Notes: a model not told the origin generated them from the sequence alone. Counted from the first letter of the stretch, positions 1-10,794 are shown. The stretch is DNA of 64,000 bases from Vicugna vicugna (GCA_013265495.1 MU063499.1:3162001-3226000); one strand, 5' to 3'. Made by a program: numbers and translations.

Positions 1-588
1 CTGGAAAGAGGGGCCCGGCCAGGACAGCAGCAGTGAAGGCCTGACATCTGCGCCTGGCCTGGCGCCGCCCTGCACTTCCACAAGAAACTTGGCTGGGGCA
101 GCGCGGGCTGCAAGGACCATGTTTCCTTTGAGTAGAATGGAGGGTAGGGAGGGTGTTTAGGGGTGTGAGAGCCTCCAAGGATGATAAGGAGGTGGAAACA
201 GACGGTAGCAAACTATCCTAGTGCAATACAGCGGGCGCAGAACCAGGAGCGGCAAGAATTTTGCCCTCTTCCAGGAGTATAGCTATTTGTTTGATGGTTT
301 TTCTTAAACAAACTTTAAATAGACTAACACTCTTGGCCTTGTCCCTAGCAGCAATACCTGTGAAATCTTAGGTCTGGGGTTCGAATTATTTTTTAGAACA
401 CAGTAAAATCGATACATAAGTACTCAAACAAAGAGAGGTTTGCTGTGAACTACCCCAATTCACCTTGGGTTCCGCATGTTGGGAACCACTGGCCTCCAGG
501 ATAACTTCAGCTGCTACACTGTATGGAGTGTTCACATTGCTCGAGAACTTAATCCCCACTGCAGCTTTACAAGGTGGGTAAGGTGGCT

Positions 589-658
589 TATTTCCATCCG
601 TATACAGCAGGAAACTGAGGCACAGGGAGGGTAAGTGCTTTGCCCCAGGTCTCACCTC
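589..658 (-). mobile_element. MIR SINE fragment
   Basis: GGAAACTGAGGCACAGGGAGGGTAAGTGCTTTGCCCCAGGTC resembles the MIR core; boundaries approximate. Confidence 0.7.
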
Positions 659-1329
659 CGGGAGGTAGCAGACTGGTCAAAGGACATGCCCTGCCCAACA
701 TGACACTTGACTACTTCCCCTGAGACATGACCCTGGGTTCCCCCATGCCTGCTTGCCTTGCCCACCTGCCACACTCCCCACACGTGCTGCCTGCCTGCCA
801 TGCAAGCCTGGAACATTCCTATGTCTCTCCATCTGGCCTCTGCCACCTCCTACTCATCCCTCAGTCTCAGCTGAGCCTCCTCCAGGAAGCCCTCCCTGAT
901 CCCCAGGCCAGGTAGGGGTACCCAGTGCTGTTCCCCTGAGTCTTTGGGTTTATCTGCAGGGACATATCAGCCTGCAGCACCTTGTTTGTGTGACGATTTA
1001 CCCACACCATCTCTCCCATGAAGGCAGTATCCCCAGGGCCTAAAGAAGTGCTGTTTCTCTTTGTGGAATGAGAGGGCCTCCTGTGGCACAGAGGCAGGGA
1101 ACGCTGGGCAGGGACAGGGCATGAAATGGTGAGATGGGCTCTTGACTCGGCTGCAGTGGGGCCCAGGGCAAGACGCCTGCCCTGCCTGGATGTCAGTCTG
1201 CTCATCTGTCAAATGGGAGCAGCCCTTCCTGCCTGACGGCAACCTCAGAGGGCTGGTGTGAGGACTGGAGGGGATGCCAAGCACCTGGTGCCCTCGAGAA
1301 CAGCAGCAGCAGCAGCACTGATTGACCTT

Positions 1330-1515
1330 TGAGCGCCTACTGCATGCTGGCCCTGCACAGGTGCTCTCAGAAAATCATGTCATCTTGTTGAATCTCCACT
1401 AGGAGCCAACATAGCGGGGACACATCATTGGCAAGTGGCAGAGGATACTCTGTAACTTGCTCAAGGTCAACTGGCTGGGGCCTGGCAGGCTGGGATTTGA
1501 ACCCAGTCCTTCTGA
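1330..1515 (-). mobile_element. MIR SINE remnant
   Basis: TAACTTGCTCAAGGTCA...GGGATTTGAACCCAGTCCTTCTGACT; boundaries approximate. Confidence 0.65.
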
Positions 1516-1564
1516 CTGCCTGCCCCTGCTACCCATCCCCTCCAGAAGCGCTGGTCACACCTAC

Positions 1565-1750
1565 CAGCTGCCCCCTGACTCTGGCGGAGAGTACATCAGG
1601 GCTCTGGTCCCGGAGCTTCCCAGCCACCACCAACTCGGAGCCTTTGAAGAACAACCGGAAGTGGTCCTGTGTGACGGCCTCCACAGCGTTGCTTGGATAC
1701 TCGAAGGCCACTGACGTCAGCAGTGGGTTGGCCACCTCCTGGTAGAAGTC
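1565..1750 (-). CDS. ITIH4: ITIH4 exon 11 (186 nt, [11 protein letters not shown]...VRGQL)
   Basis: CAG|GAC acceptor, CTG|GTAGGT donor. Confidence 0.95.
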
Positions 1751-4700
1751 CTGCAGGGTAGGGGGGTGTCATGAGGGCCGGGCTGGGGTCTGCCCGCCTG
1801 TCTGTGCCATCCCTCACTCATGTAGCCCAGCAGGGAAACGTGGGCACCTGGAGCTGCAGGGCGGAGTCGGAGTCTTCATAGATGCGCCGGGCCAGGCCGC
1901 CATTGTCCAGTGCCAGCTTCTCCAGGAAGGCGTAGCTGACGTCGAAGCCAAAGCCCAGGCAGAAGAGGCTGTACTGACCATCGATGGCTTCCTGCACATT
2001 CTTCTGGATCCTTGAGGGGTTGGTCTCCCCTGGACTCCGTGGTTTGGGGAGGGGGTGAGAAAACAGTGATTTTGGTCAATGGATATTTCTGGAATCTCAG
2101 AGCCAGAGAGGTCTCAGCCACTTCCTTCCTAGCCCCAGGTCCCACAGCAAGCCGGGCTGGAGGTGCTGGCAGTGCCTCACCCACAGTGGGGTCACCGTCA
2201 GTGAGGAGGACGATGAGGGTGACGCTCCTTGCAGGCAGCAGCTCCTCTCGGTTGGCTCTTTCCAGCAGCTGCACGGCCATCAGCATCGCATCGTTTATAT
2301 TGGTCCCTGAGGGAAATACACTCTCAGGGTGGCTCCCAGCCAGGTGCCCCAGACCGGGCTTGGTGCCCCAGAAGCCCCGGCCACGTGGGGCTGCAGAGGG
2401 CCTCACCTCCCTGGGCCTGGATGCCGGCAACGTAGCTCTTGGCCTCCTTCACATTCTCAGCTGAGGCTGGCACCAGCTGTGGCTTCCACTGGGTTGCTTC
2501 CCCACTGAAGCTGATGAGGTTGAACTGGTCGTAGGGGCGGAGGTCATCCAGGATCTTAAGTAGGGCTTCCTGAGTCTGGTCAGGGGAAGGGGACACAAGG
2601 TGGGTGTCTCAGTGGGGCCTCAGGTACCCTGGGGCTGCACCCTGGGGCTCACATCTGGAGTGGGGACGTGGTGAATGCTTCAGAGGCAGGTCCTGCCTCA
2701 TAACTCTGACCACCTCAGAGTGAGGGGGAAATCCTTACCCATGAAGATGGAGGAGGGCAGGTCCGCCTGCTGGACCAGAGCTGACAGTGTCTGTATGTTT
2801 ACGTCTGTATGTTTTCAGGACCCTGCCCTGGCCCACGGGACCCACCTGGTGTATTTTCCTGCCGCTCATGGAGCCACTCTTGTCAATGACAAAGATCACG
2901 TTCTTAGATAGCGTGGACAGGCCCTCAGGGGCAAAGTAGTGCACAAAGTAGCCATTCTCGATCTGTGACCAAAGTGAGATGCACAGGTATAAGAGCTTCA
3001 GCCCTGCCCTGACCCCAACCAGCCTCCTCACCCCCAGTCCTGGCGTTTCTATGCTCTCTTCACTCCAACCCCTCCACCCCTGTTCCCCTGCTAACCTGCC
3101 CAAATCCCTGCCATATTTTAGGGCTCAGTCCAGCCCTTCCCTTACAGAGAAGGCTTCCCTGCTCATGCATGGCCCACCAGAACTCTATGCCTACTTTACC
3201 TCCTATTTGTTTTCATATTTGAGGTAGCTCATACTAAAGGGTTCAGACATAATAAACCTGAGGTCCATCAAAAAAGTGAAGACTCCAAAAACAAGGTCCA
3301 TCAAAAGATGCCAGAAACTTGTGTTAAAGAAGCTACTGCAATTGAGCATAAAACTGAATTGTGAGCCTCCTGGCAGCCGAAGCAACAAGGGAAACTCTGT
3401 AGCGCAGCTCTTCAGTAGAGATGAAATTTTTTGCTTCTGAAAGGGAATTGTTTCAGGGACGACACAACTAAACTGCCTATTTTCTGTGTTGCCCCTGGTG
3501 CACACCGATAACTAGGGGTGGTTATTTTGTCTTTTCTTTTAGAATAGGGCTAGGGCCTATTCTCTTCTATTCTATTCTAGAATAGAATAGGGCTCAGGCC
3601 CTTGAGGGTGGATGGATTTTTTGGTGGCCCTTCTCTTGCCTGGAGCCCACGCACCTGAATGGAACCCCCAGAGGAGGTCCGATTGACATCATAGCGGACG
3701 ATGAAGTTGCCATTCAGGACTGTGTCCTGTTGCTCTGGAGATATTTGCTGCTGAGAGAGCGTCGGCTTGAATTGGATGTGAGCCTGGAAAAATGACCAAG
3801 CTGAAGTTGGGAGGAGCAGTGAGGCAGTGCTAACAACACCCTTCATCCCCATCTGAAGAGAGAACGCCAGGATGCAGCCTTGGGTCAAATTCCAGGGAAT
3901 TTTCTCTCAGGCTGAGCTGTCAGATAGACTGCCTCCCTGGAGGGCAGGGATTGTGAGTGAATCCCCTGCTCCTAGATCTGTGTAAGGAAGGGCTGGGCTC
4001 AGGATGTGATCCAGCCAGCTCCTCCTCCCTACCTGGTCCTGGGGCCCTCACATCAGTCTTCTCCCCTGATCTAAGGGTTCAAACCAGTACCCACCAGCCT
4101 TCCCTACACCTTGCCCTCCCTGTCTGCCAAATGACAACATGAACACAGGAACCTCACGAGTCCCTCCAGCTCAGAGATTCTGTCCAATAGTCCCACTCTC
4201 TGGAAATTCAGGCTCATAGGGCCAACCTGAAGACAGGCCCCTTGGAACCCTCAACCACAGACCATAAGCAGGCCCACCTTGGTCTGGTTCTGGAAGGTGG
4301 TGAGGGCCTTTGCCAGTTCATTGGTCATGAAGGTGCTCTCTGTCTCCAGAAAGCTGATGCCTTGAGGCTCGAAGATATGAACGTCCATCTAGAGGCAAGA
4401 AGTGGGTTACCGGGTCTGCTAGGCCTTGCCCTTACAGGAGGCATGGGGGAAGGAGGGACCGCCCTCAGCAGAGTGGGGTGATCTAGGAGGCCTTCTAAGA
4501 GGAGGCAGCACCAGGTACCTGCAGGTGCTTGACCAGCTGCTGAGGATGAATTTGCAGTAGCAGCTCGTATGCTCCTAGACGCCGTGACAGCAGCTCCTCG
4601 TACACCAGCTCGAAAGTGACCTTGGCAGCGGGAGCAACACTGACCGACACCTGGAACTTCTCTGTCTTTCTTCCAGTGGCCCTGGGGGAAGAAGGCATCA

Positions 4701-7700
4701 GGCCTTCCCCTCAAGGGGAGGTATGGCCACTGGAGGTGGGAGCAAGGCTAAAGGGCTGAAGGCAGGGGCAGCCTCTGCCCTACCCCAACAGGGTCCCCCC
4801 TACCGCCTTGGGCTCACTGGACGAGGCCGGCGCTCTCTCCTCTGGACACGGCAGCGCTGTACTTCTTCTGGGCTACAGACTTCTCCTTGATGTTCCCTGG
4901 GTAGGTCACACCATCGATGATCCTGGGGCAGGAGGGACAGAGTTGTCGAGAGCCCGGTAGGGGAGGCCCACTGCAATCCTGCCTTCTCCTGGGAGCCTAT
5001 CCGGAACTTTGTGTGCCTCTTGACAGAGTGACTCCTATCTCTACCTGAGCCCACCTGTTTATTACGCACCTGTGGACAGGGCTCTGTGTGGGGCTCCAGT
5101 GTGGGTGGGGTGCCACAGGCCTGCGTCTACCCCGAGCCACACACCATGTCGGTAAACATGCGTTTTACTAAACAACTGGGATGGAGGCTGCAGAGGAGGC
5201 AGGGCTGAGCCAGGACCCAGCCTCTCTTCTCCCTCCCTGTCTGGACCCACATCCCATGGACTGTTCCCAGATGAACTGGTCAGTCACCAGGGAGGGCTTT
5301 CTGAGCCACATTCCATGCAGCCCTGTGCCCAGCTGTGAGGGGCAGGCTGAGGAGGAGGGAGATGCCGGCTCCCAGGCCAGGGGAGACACGGTGCTGAAAA
5401 GGCTCTGACTCCTCTCCTCTGAGGCTGCCCTTTCTTCCTGCCAACACGGGGCAAGCCCCTCTGCAGGGAGGTTGGCCTCTGGGGAAGGAGGTTTTGGACA
5501 ACAGGTGGATGGGGCTTCTTGGGGCCCGGACACAATCCTAGCAGCCATTTTTGTGGGACTGAGAGAGAACTGCCTGGGCTGCTCCTTTGGAAGGAAATGA
5601 CCACCCTAGAACCTCCTCATGGGGTGAGTAGGGATGCAGCAGGCTAACTGCTCCATCTAGGGTGGTGTGAGAGGATGAGAGTGTCCAGGAGTGGGTGGGG
5701 AGGGGGCAGCCAGGATGCCAGGACCGAATGTTCCTCCTCCCCACCTTCCTGAATTTCCTGGTCACAATTTAACTCTGGGCTGGGGATGGGGATGGGGCTG
5801 GTGCTGGGCTATAGCGCTCCTCCCCGCAGATGCCCAACTGGAGCTCCTGGCCAGGTCAAGGAGCAGGGCACCCTGCCCTCCGCTTCCCTGCCTCATGCAG
5901 CAGCAGGAGCTGGGCCCAGCTGGGCTCTCAGCAGATTCAACAGGCCCACAGCCTTGCAACTTGCTGGTTGTGGCACCCACATGGGAGGTGGGGTGCAGCC
6001 TGTGAAGCTCATGCTACAAGTTGGGCAGCACAGGCCTGGCTCTGGGGTGAAAAAAAGCAGGGCTGATGGAGAGGGGTGGGCAGAGAGATAAGGAGGAGGC
6101 AACCACAGGGACCCGGCCCCTGACGCAGGTTTTCAGAGGTCCCAGGGTACACTGGGAACTCTGCCCGAGATGCTCGCTCTCTGCGCAACTCGTGGCCTTC
6201 CCTAAGTTTCTGGGATCAGCCTCTCTGGCCTGTCCTCAACCACTGCCTCTCCTGTGGGGCCAGGGATGGACAGAGAGTTCTCTTGCATTTAGCAAACATT
6301 GCAAAACTGAGATGGGAGGGTGGGGGCGGACAGTAGAGGACAAGGTGAGGATCATCACTGGCTCACAGAGTCCACAGAAACCCCAGGGCCTCCTAATGCA
6401 GGCTCTGACCCAGAGCAGAACACCCCCCTGCAGTATCCCACTTGAGGGTGGGGGAACCAGCTGGCCTAGAATTTCTGTGACAAGGAGGTGGTCCCCCTCC
6501 TTGAGGCACTGCTTCATTGTAGGGCAGCTCAGGGGTTAGGAAGTTTCCTGTATTCTGAGCTAGAATCTGCCTTTTGGTGACTCTCTCCTGCCTGGGTTTG
6601 GCCTCAGGATGCTCCAAGTCTGTACTTCTCAAAGGCAAAGACCCAAACATGCCGCGGTTCTCTACCTGCCACCTGGGCAGCACTTAGGGATGGTGAATGA
6701 ATGAATGGAGGGAGAGATGGATGGTGGGAGTGACCAGTGGAGGGAGGGAGGGAGGCAGGGAGGAAGGGACGCAGGGAGGGCAACATCTTTGAGAATTTCC
6801 TGGGTAAAACCTCTGTTCCCTGTACTGCCTACAGGTGGAGCACACATACCTCAGGCCTATATTCCAAGAAGAGGCCCTCTTCCTGATTGGGGCACAGGGG
6901 CCACAGTGTCACAGTGCTGGGTTGGGGAGGAGGGACACGGGGGAAGGCAGGACACCTACATGGAGAAGTTGGTGATGAAGGCTTTCTTGGGCAGCTCCAT
7001 CTGGAAGGTGGCCTCCTGCACAGTATCGGCCCTGTTGACCACCCGGCTGGTGACAACTGTGTGGGCAAATCGGGATGAGACCTTGGAGTCCACAGTGAGG
7101 CTGTAGATGTTGATGCCATTCTGGAACAGTGAAAGAAGAAGGAGTGGGGTTGTTCCAGTGCTCTTCAAGAGTGGGCCTTGACCCTGGCCCCCAACTCCAA
7201 TCAAGCCACTGACCAGGCCTCAGGCAAAATCCCATGAACCATTTCACATGTGAATCCTCCACTTAAATCAGAAGCAGCTGTGTGCTTCATGCCCCACCCT
7301 ACAGGGCCATAGTGCCCCTCGGAGAACAAGCAGGCAAGGGGTGTGGGGTGGTGCCTGTGCCCTGGTGTGTCTGTGGGGGACTCACTTATCCTTGGGGTAG
7401 AGGTGAGCGGCAGAGGGTCCTGTCGAATCAGGAAGCTTCCATGCCATCTCAGCTCTGCCCAGTGAAAGGGCAGTAAACAAGCCCTTTGTCTGGGAAAAAC
7501 AGCTCCTGCCAGCCTTCCCCCAGGGGCCTGCAGGAGCTGGGAGAATTGGAGGCAGGGAGGGTCCATCTCTAAGGCTGGGCATCTTCCGCTTTGCCCCTTT
7601 TCCCCTGCAGCCGTGGGGCCTCCTCTGTTGCCCTGTCCATCCCCACGAGGCACTGCCCACCCCAAGCATGTGTACTTCGCCTGAGGTCTGCGGTCCCCAA

Positions 7701-8376
7701 CGAAGGGCTGCGCACAGGCAGAGCCCACACTTCTGCTGCCTGTCTGCACATGGCACACTTGTGCTTAGCACGGAGGCTGCGTGGCGGGCCGAGTGGCTTG
7801 TGTACACGTGTGTCTGTTCTGTGCTGGGCCCTGTACTCAGCACTTTATAGCACTAGAGGTTTCATCTTCACCACAAACTTCTGAATGGTTCTATTATCAC
7901 CCTGTTCTACAGATATGGAAACAGAGACATACAAAGCATCAGTAACTTCTGGGAACTCAAGAAGCCAGGGAGAGGTAAGCTGGGCTCCTAAGGCCACACA
8001 CCCCACCTCCTGCCGCCCTTCAGGACAACCTGCTAGGCTGTATCTCCTCCCCAGTGAACTGGAAATAACAAGATCACCCTTCCAGTAAATGGGGACACTC
8101 CACAAAGCCCTGAGGGTAGTGCCTGTTGGATGGGCAGCACACTTCTCTGTAGGCACACTGACCCGCGCTCACCTGCACTTACACACTTCTGCACACCGAG
8201 GCTCTCCTCCCCTTCACTCGCTCCCCAGCTTGCCCCACTCATGCTCAGGCGCGCGCGCACACAGGTGCCCCAGACACTGCTACCTTTTGGGCTGTGGTAG
8301 TCTGGAGGATGGCCAGTAGTAGCGAGAGCAGGACCAGCACGATGTCCCAGGCGTGGACAGGGGCTGGAGTCTTCAT
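1565..8376 (-). CDS. ITIH4: Inter-alpha-trypsin inhibitor heavy chain H4, exons 1-11 (3'-partial; 1542 nt, 514 codons in window)
   Basis: join(complement 8284-8376, 6960-7120, 4818-4922, 4519-4681, 4278-4388, 3655-3783, 2846-2962, 2407-2575, 2181-2306, 1848-2029, 1565-1750). All GT-AG, continuous frame. Signal peptide, VIT domain and VWA domain with MIDAS residues (DKSGS, GGTN, LTDG). Confidence 0.97.
1848..2029 (-). CDS. ITIH4: ITIH4 exon 10 (182 nt, [11 protein letters not shown]...SALQLQ)
   Basis: CAG|GG acceptor, CAG|GTGCCC donor; phase 1 to 0. Confidence 0.95.
2181..2306 (-). CDS. ITIH4: ITIH4 exon 9 (126 nt, [11 protein letters not shown]...LLTDGDPTV)
   Basis: CAG|GG acceptor, G|GTGAGG donor; contains MIDAS Thr and Asp. 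Confidence 0.95.
2407..2575 (-). CDS. ITIH4: ITIH4 exon 8 (169 nt, [12 protein letters not shown]...IQAQG)
   Basis: CAG|ACT acceptor, G|GTGAGG donor. Confidence 0.95.
2846..2962 (-). CDS. ITIH4: ITIH4 exon 7 (117 nt, [12 protein letters not shown]...[13 protein letters not shown])
   Basis: CAG|ATC acceptor, CAG|GTGGGT donor; DxSxS MIDAS motif. Confidence 0.96.
3541..3590. repeat. Inverted (AGAAT/ATTCT)n array with a perfect 24-bp palindrome
   Basis: CTATTCTATTCT|AGAATAGAATAG at 3567-3590; second hairpin AGAATAGG-7nt-CCTATTCT at 3541-3563. Confidence 0.9.
3655..3783 (-). CDS. ITIH4: ITIH4 exon 6 (129 nt, [13 protein letters not shown]...GGSIQ)
   Basis: CAG|GCT acceptor, CAG|GTGCGT donor. 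Confidence 0.95.
4278..4388 (-). CDS. ITIH4: ITIH4 exon 5 (111 nt, [15 protein letters not shown]...QNQTK)
   Basis: TAG|ATG acceptor, AAG|GTGGGC donor; not captured by the ORF track in this frame. Confidence 0.95.
4519..4681 (-). CDS. ITIH4: ITIH4 exon 4 (163 nt, [13 protein letters not shown]...VKHLQ)
   Basis: CAG|G acceptor, CAG|GTACCT donor. Confidence 0.95.
4818..4922 (-). CDS. ITIH4: ITIH4 exon 3 (105 nt, [14 protein letters not shown]...GESAGLV)
   Basis: CAG|G acceptor, CA|GTGAGC donor; phase 2 to 2. Confidence 0.95.
6960..7120 (-). CDS. ITIH4: ITIH4 exon 2 (161 nt, [18 protein letters not shown]...FITNFS)
   Basis: CAG|AAT acceptor, AT|GTAGGT donor; start of VIT domain. Confidence 0.96.
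7825..7960 (-). mobile_element. MIR SINE remnant (ITIH4 intron 1)
   Basis: CTATTATCACCCTGTTCTACAGATATGGAAACAGAGAC...AGTAACTT resembles the MIR core. Confidence 0.65.
8284..8376 (-). CDS. ITIH4: ITIH4 exon 1 coding part (93 nt; signal peptide [31 protein letters not shown])
   Basis: AAAATGA start context, hydrophobic core, AAG|GTAGCA donor. Confidence 0.95.
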
Positions 8377-8409
8377 TTTGGCTCCAGTGCCTGGCAGGTG
8401 GCTTCTGAA

Positions 8410-8560
8410 CTTGAGAGGAAGTGGGGAATGAATTAGTAACTTGCTGGCTGCCCCGCCCCTGCGGGGGCAGGTTCTAGGAAACTGGAATCTGTAAGCCAAA
8501 ACTCGCAGTGGCCTCAGATAAGGAGGCAAACTGTCAATGTCCTGTGGACCTTGGCTGGGG
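8410..8560 (-). promoter_or_regulatory. ITIH4 proximal promoter (HNF1-like, GC box, STAT/GAS, HNF4-like)
   Basis: GTTACTAATTCAT (8428-8440, minus), CCCCGCCCC (8451-8459), TTCTAGGAA (8472-8480), TGGACCTTG (8545-8553), directly upstream of the ATG. Confidence 0.65.
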
Positions 8561-10794
8561 ACGGGAATGTGTCCTGAGGAGAGGCAGGTCAGGTGGGAGG
8601 TGGATACTGGTACCCCTTCTGGAAGGTCCACTAGGCCACCACCACCCCTCACACCAGTCTGATGCCACCACATTCCCCAGGGTTTGGGGACACAGTGGTG
8701 AACCGGCCCATTTTCCATAAGCCCAGCCTGGGAGAAGCAGAGAGGTGGCCAGGAAGATGAGGGCCAGAGGGCGGCTTTTGGGAGGCAGAAGCCTGGAGGC
8801 CATGTCAGTGTGACCACATCAGTGGGGCCGCTGCAAAGAAACCAAACAGCCCTCGGGGGTGTCTGAGTGGGGCAGGAGCTGCTGGGGTCAAGGCAGGATG
8901 GATACACCTTATTTCTGAGGAGAGAGAGGTGGGGCCAAAGAGCCCCCTTTCTCTCTGCAGGGGCCCCTGGGCTGCTGTTCAGGACCCATTATTCTAGCCA
9001 GGACTCCTGGTGCAATTCCAGCAAGGCCTCCAAAACAAGACCTGCACTTGGCAACACAAACTGAGAGCCATAAAGATGCCCACATGTTGCGGCCCAGATC
9101 TCGCTCCAGGTAATTTCCTAAGAGGGAAGCTTGGAACAGAGAAAGAACAGAGCTTCGGGGTGTTGGCGCATATACCCAGGTGGCCTGTGTGGAGGTCAGT
9201 TGTGCCAGTGGAGCCTGTGAATCACTGCTTGAATGACAAAGGGCAGAATGCTGATCCGTCAGCACACTAAGGCAGTGGCAGTGTTGGAAGCAGACCCACG
9301 GGTGGCTGGAGGCCCTGGGGTGGGATGACTGATGACTTTTTCCAATTTTCCTTTAATAAAATTGAAAGCCTGCTTTCATAACAAATAGCAATAAAGTGAA
9401 TAATTATTAGGGGATCTGGACGCAGCCGGTGCTTGTGTCCCTGTGGCTCTGGGAAAGCTTGTCTCCTGAGTCTGGGGCCACAGATGGGGTAAAGATGCTT
9501 CAGAAAAGTGGCCAGGTGCCAAATCCTGGGTCGGGGAAGGAGGACTCAGTGACACTAGCCAGGGGGTGGCCAGGGGCTAGGAGCTGGGGGCAGGTGCCAT
9601 CCTCAGGGCCAACTTGGGGCCCTGGGGCAGCGACTGGCTGGCAACCGCCTGGGTCAACGCTAGCAGCATCTGCCCCAAGGGAAGGGAATCATAGACTCCA
9701 GAGCTGTGTCTGTGGCTGCAAGTAAACACTCCCCTTCCTGAGCATGACTACAGCCAGAAGCTGCATCTTTGCATGCATCTGCACTGCTCTCCAGTTGGCT
9801 CTGGGTGACTAGGACTACATGGGAGGACACACCCCTTCAGCACTCTTGGGGAGGAGCTTCCCAAGGAGCCCAGCGAGCAGGCCCAGGCCTTGTCCCCAGA
9901 GGCCTGCTCCCTTGGGGCACAGAGCACAGGCCCAGCCTGGAAACAGCTATATAAGGAGGCCGGGACTGTGGGAAGGGCTCTGTGCAGCCCACTCCACCTG
10001 CCCAGTGGAGTGGTGGAGCTCGCCTATAAGCTTCAGCCCTAAGCCAGGCCCTGCAATCCCAGACCCTGCCAGTCCAGCCCCGGACTGTCCTTGCTCTTGC
10101 TGTCACAGCTGGACAGGCTTCTGTGGCCCCCTTAGTCTGATGGCTCCATGCATACAGGGACATTGAGGCCTGAAGTGGAAGGGATCGAAGGTGAGCTGAG
10201 AAACTGGTGTTCACGTAGCTCAGGCAGAGCTGTGGGAATGGCAAGGGGAAGGCTCGCCCTGAGTTTGGGACAGGGGACAGAAGCTCAGGAAGCGGACTGC
10301 CACGGGCCAGAGAGGAGCCTCAACCTGGCTTTGTCTTTGAGGGGATGCAAGCTGGCAGGGAGGCAATATAAACAACGAGGAGGGAATTCTGAGGACCCTG
10401 AGTCCCACAGAGCCTTGGGGTCCCTGGACGCATGCCCATGGCTTCTGTGGAGGTGGGGGAGGGATGAGCCTCACTCTGAGCAATGTGACTATGGCTTGTT
10501 TTACCCAACAGGCTCCCCTGTCACATACAATGGGAAACTGGGGCTCAGAAAAGGAGGAGAGATGGTCTGAAGTCACACAGAAAGTCGGTGCCAGGTCTTC
10601 CCATTCAAAGCTCTTTCTAGTATTGTGACAGTGGCCGTAACAGCACCTGCATTATCCTCTGGGACCCCCGCAACAGCCACGAAGGGTAGAGAACATGCCC
10701 CACACCCACCCTGCCCTCCCCTCCCCTACATTTAGTGGCCTTGGCCAGTGACCAACCAACACCCTCCACACGCTGGAGCCACTCGGGCATCTGC

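Noticed and set aside
1-1564. ITIH4 exon 12 or other coding sequence in ORFs 867-1205 and 967-1284
   Set aside because: No segment resembles the expected ...RLWAYLTIQQLL motif. The region is intron 11 with MIR remnants, and the next exon lies outside the window.
2731-2845. Cryptic donor GG|GTAAGG extending ITIH4 exon 7
   Set aside because: It would shift phase and cause premature termination; nothing beyond the motif supports it.
1428-3227. Plus-strand ORFs or an antisense lncRNA over ITIH4 exons 7-11
   Set aside because: The ORFs are antisense shadows of GC-rich coding exons. An ITIH4 antisense RNA is annotated in human, but I cannot support exons or a promoter from this sequence.
5058-5063. 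Intronic AATAAA in ITIH4 intron 2
   Set aside because: No GT/T-rich downstream element; expected by chance.
5777-6780. G-run tracts in ITIH4 intron 2 (5777-5797, 6742-6780)
   Set aside because: Simple low-complexity purine repeats, common in GC-rich introns.
8377-8907. N-terminal extension of ITIH4 suggested by the 220-aa ORF 8245-8907
   Set aside because: It runs through promoter motifs and would bury the signal peptide; the ATG at 8376 fits the known N-terminus.
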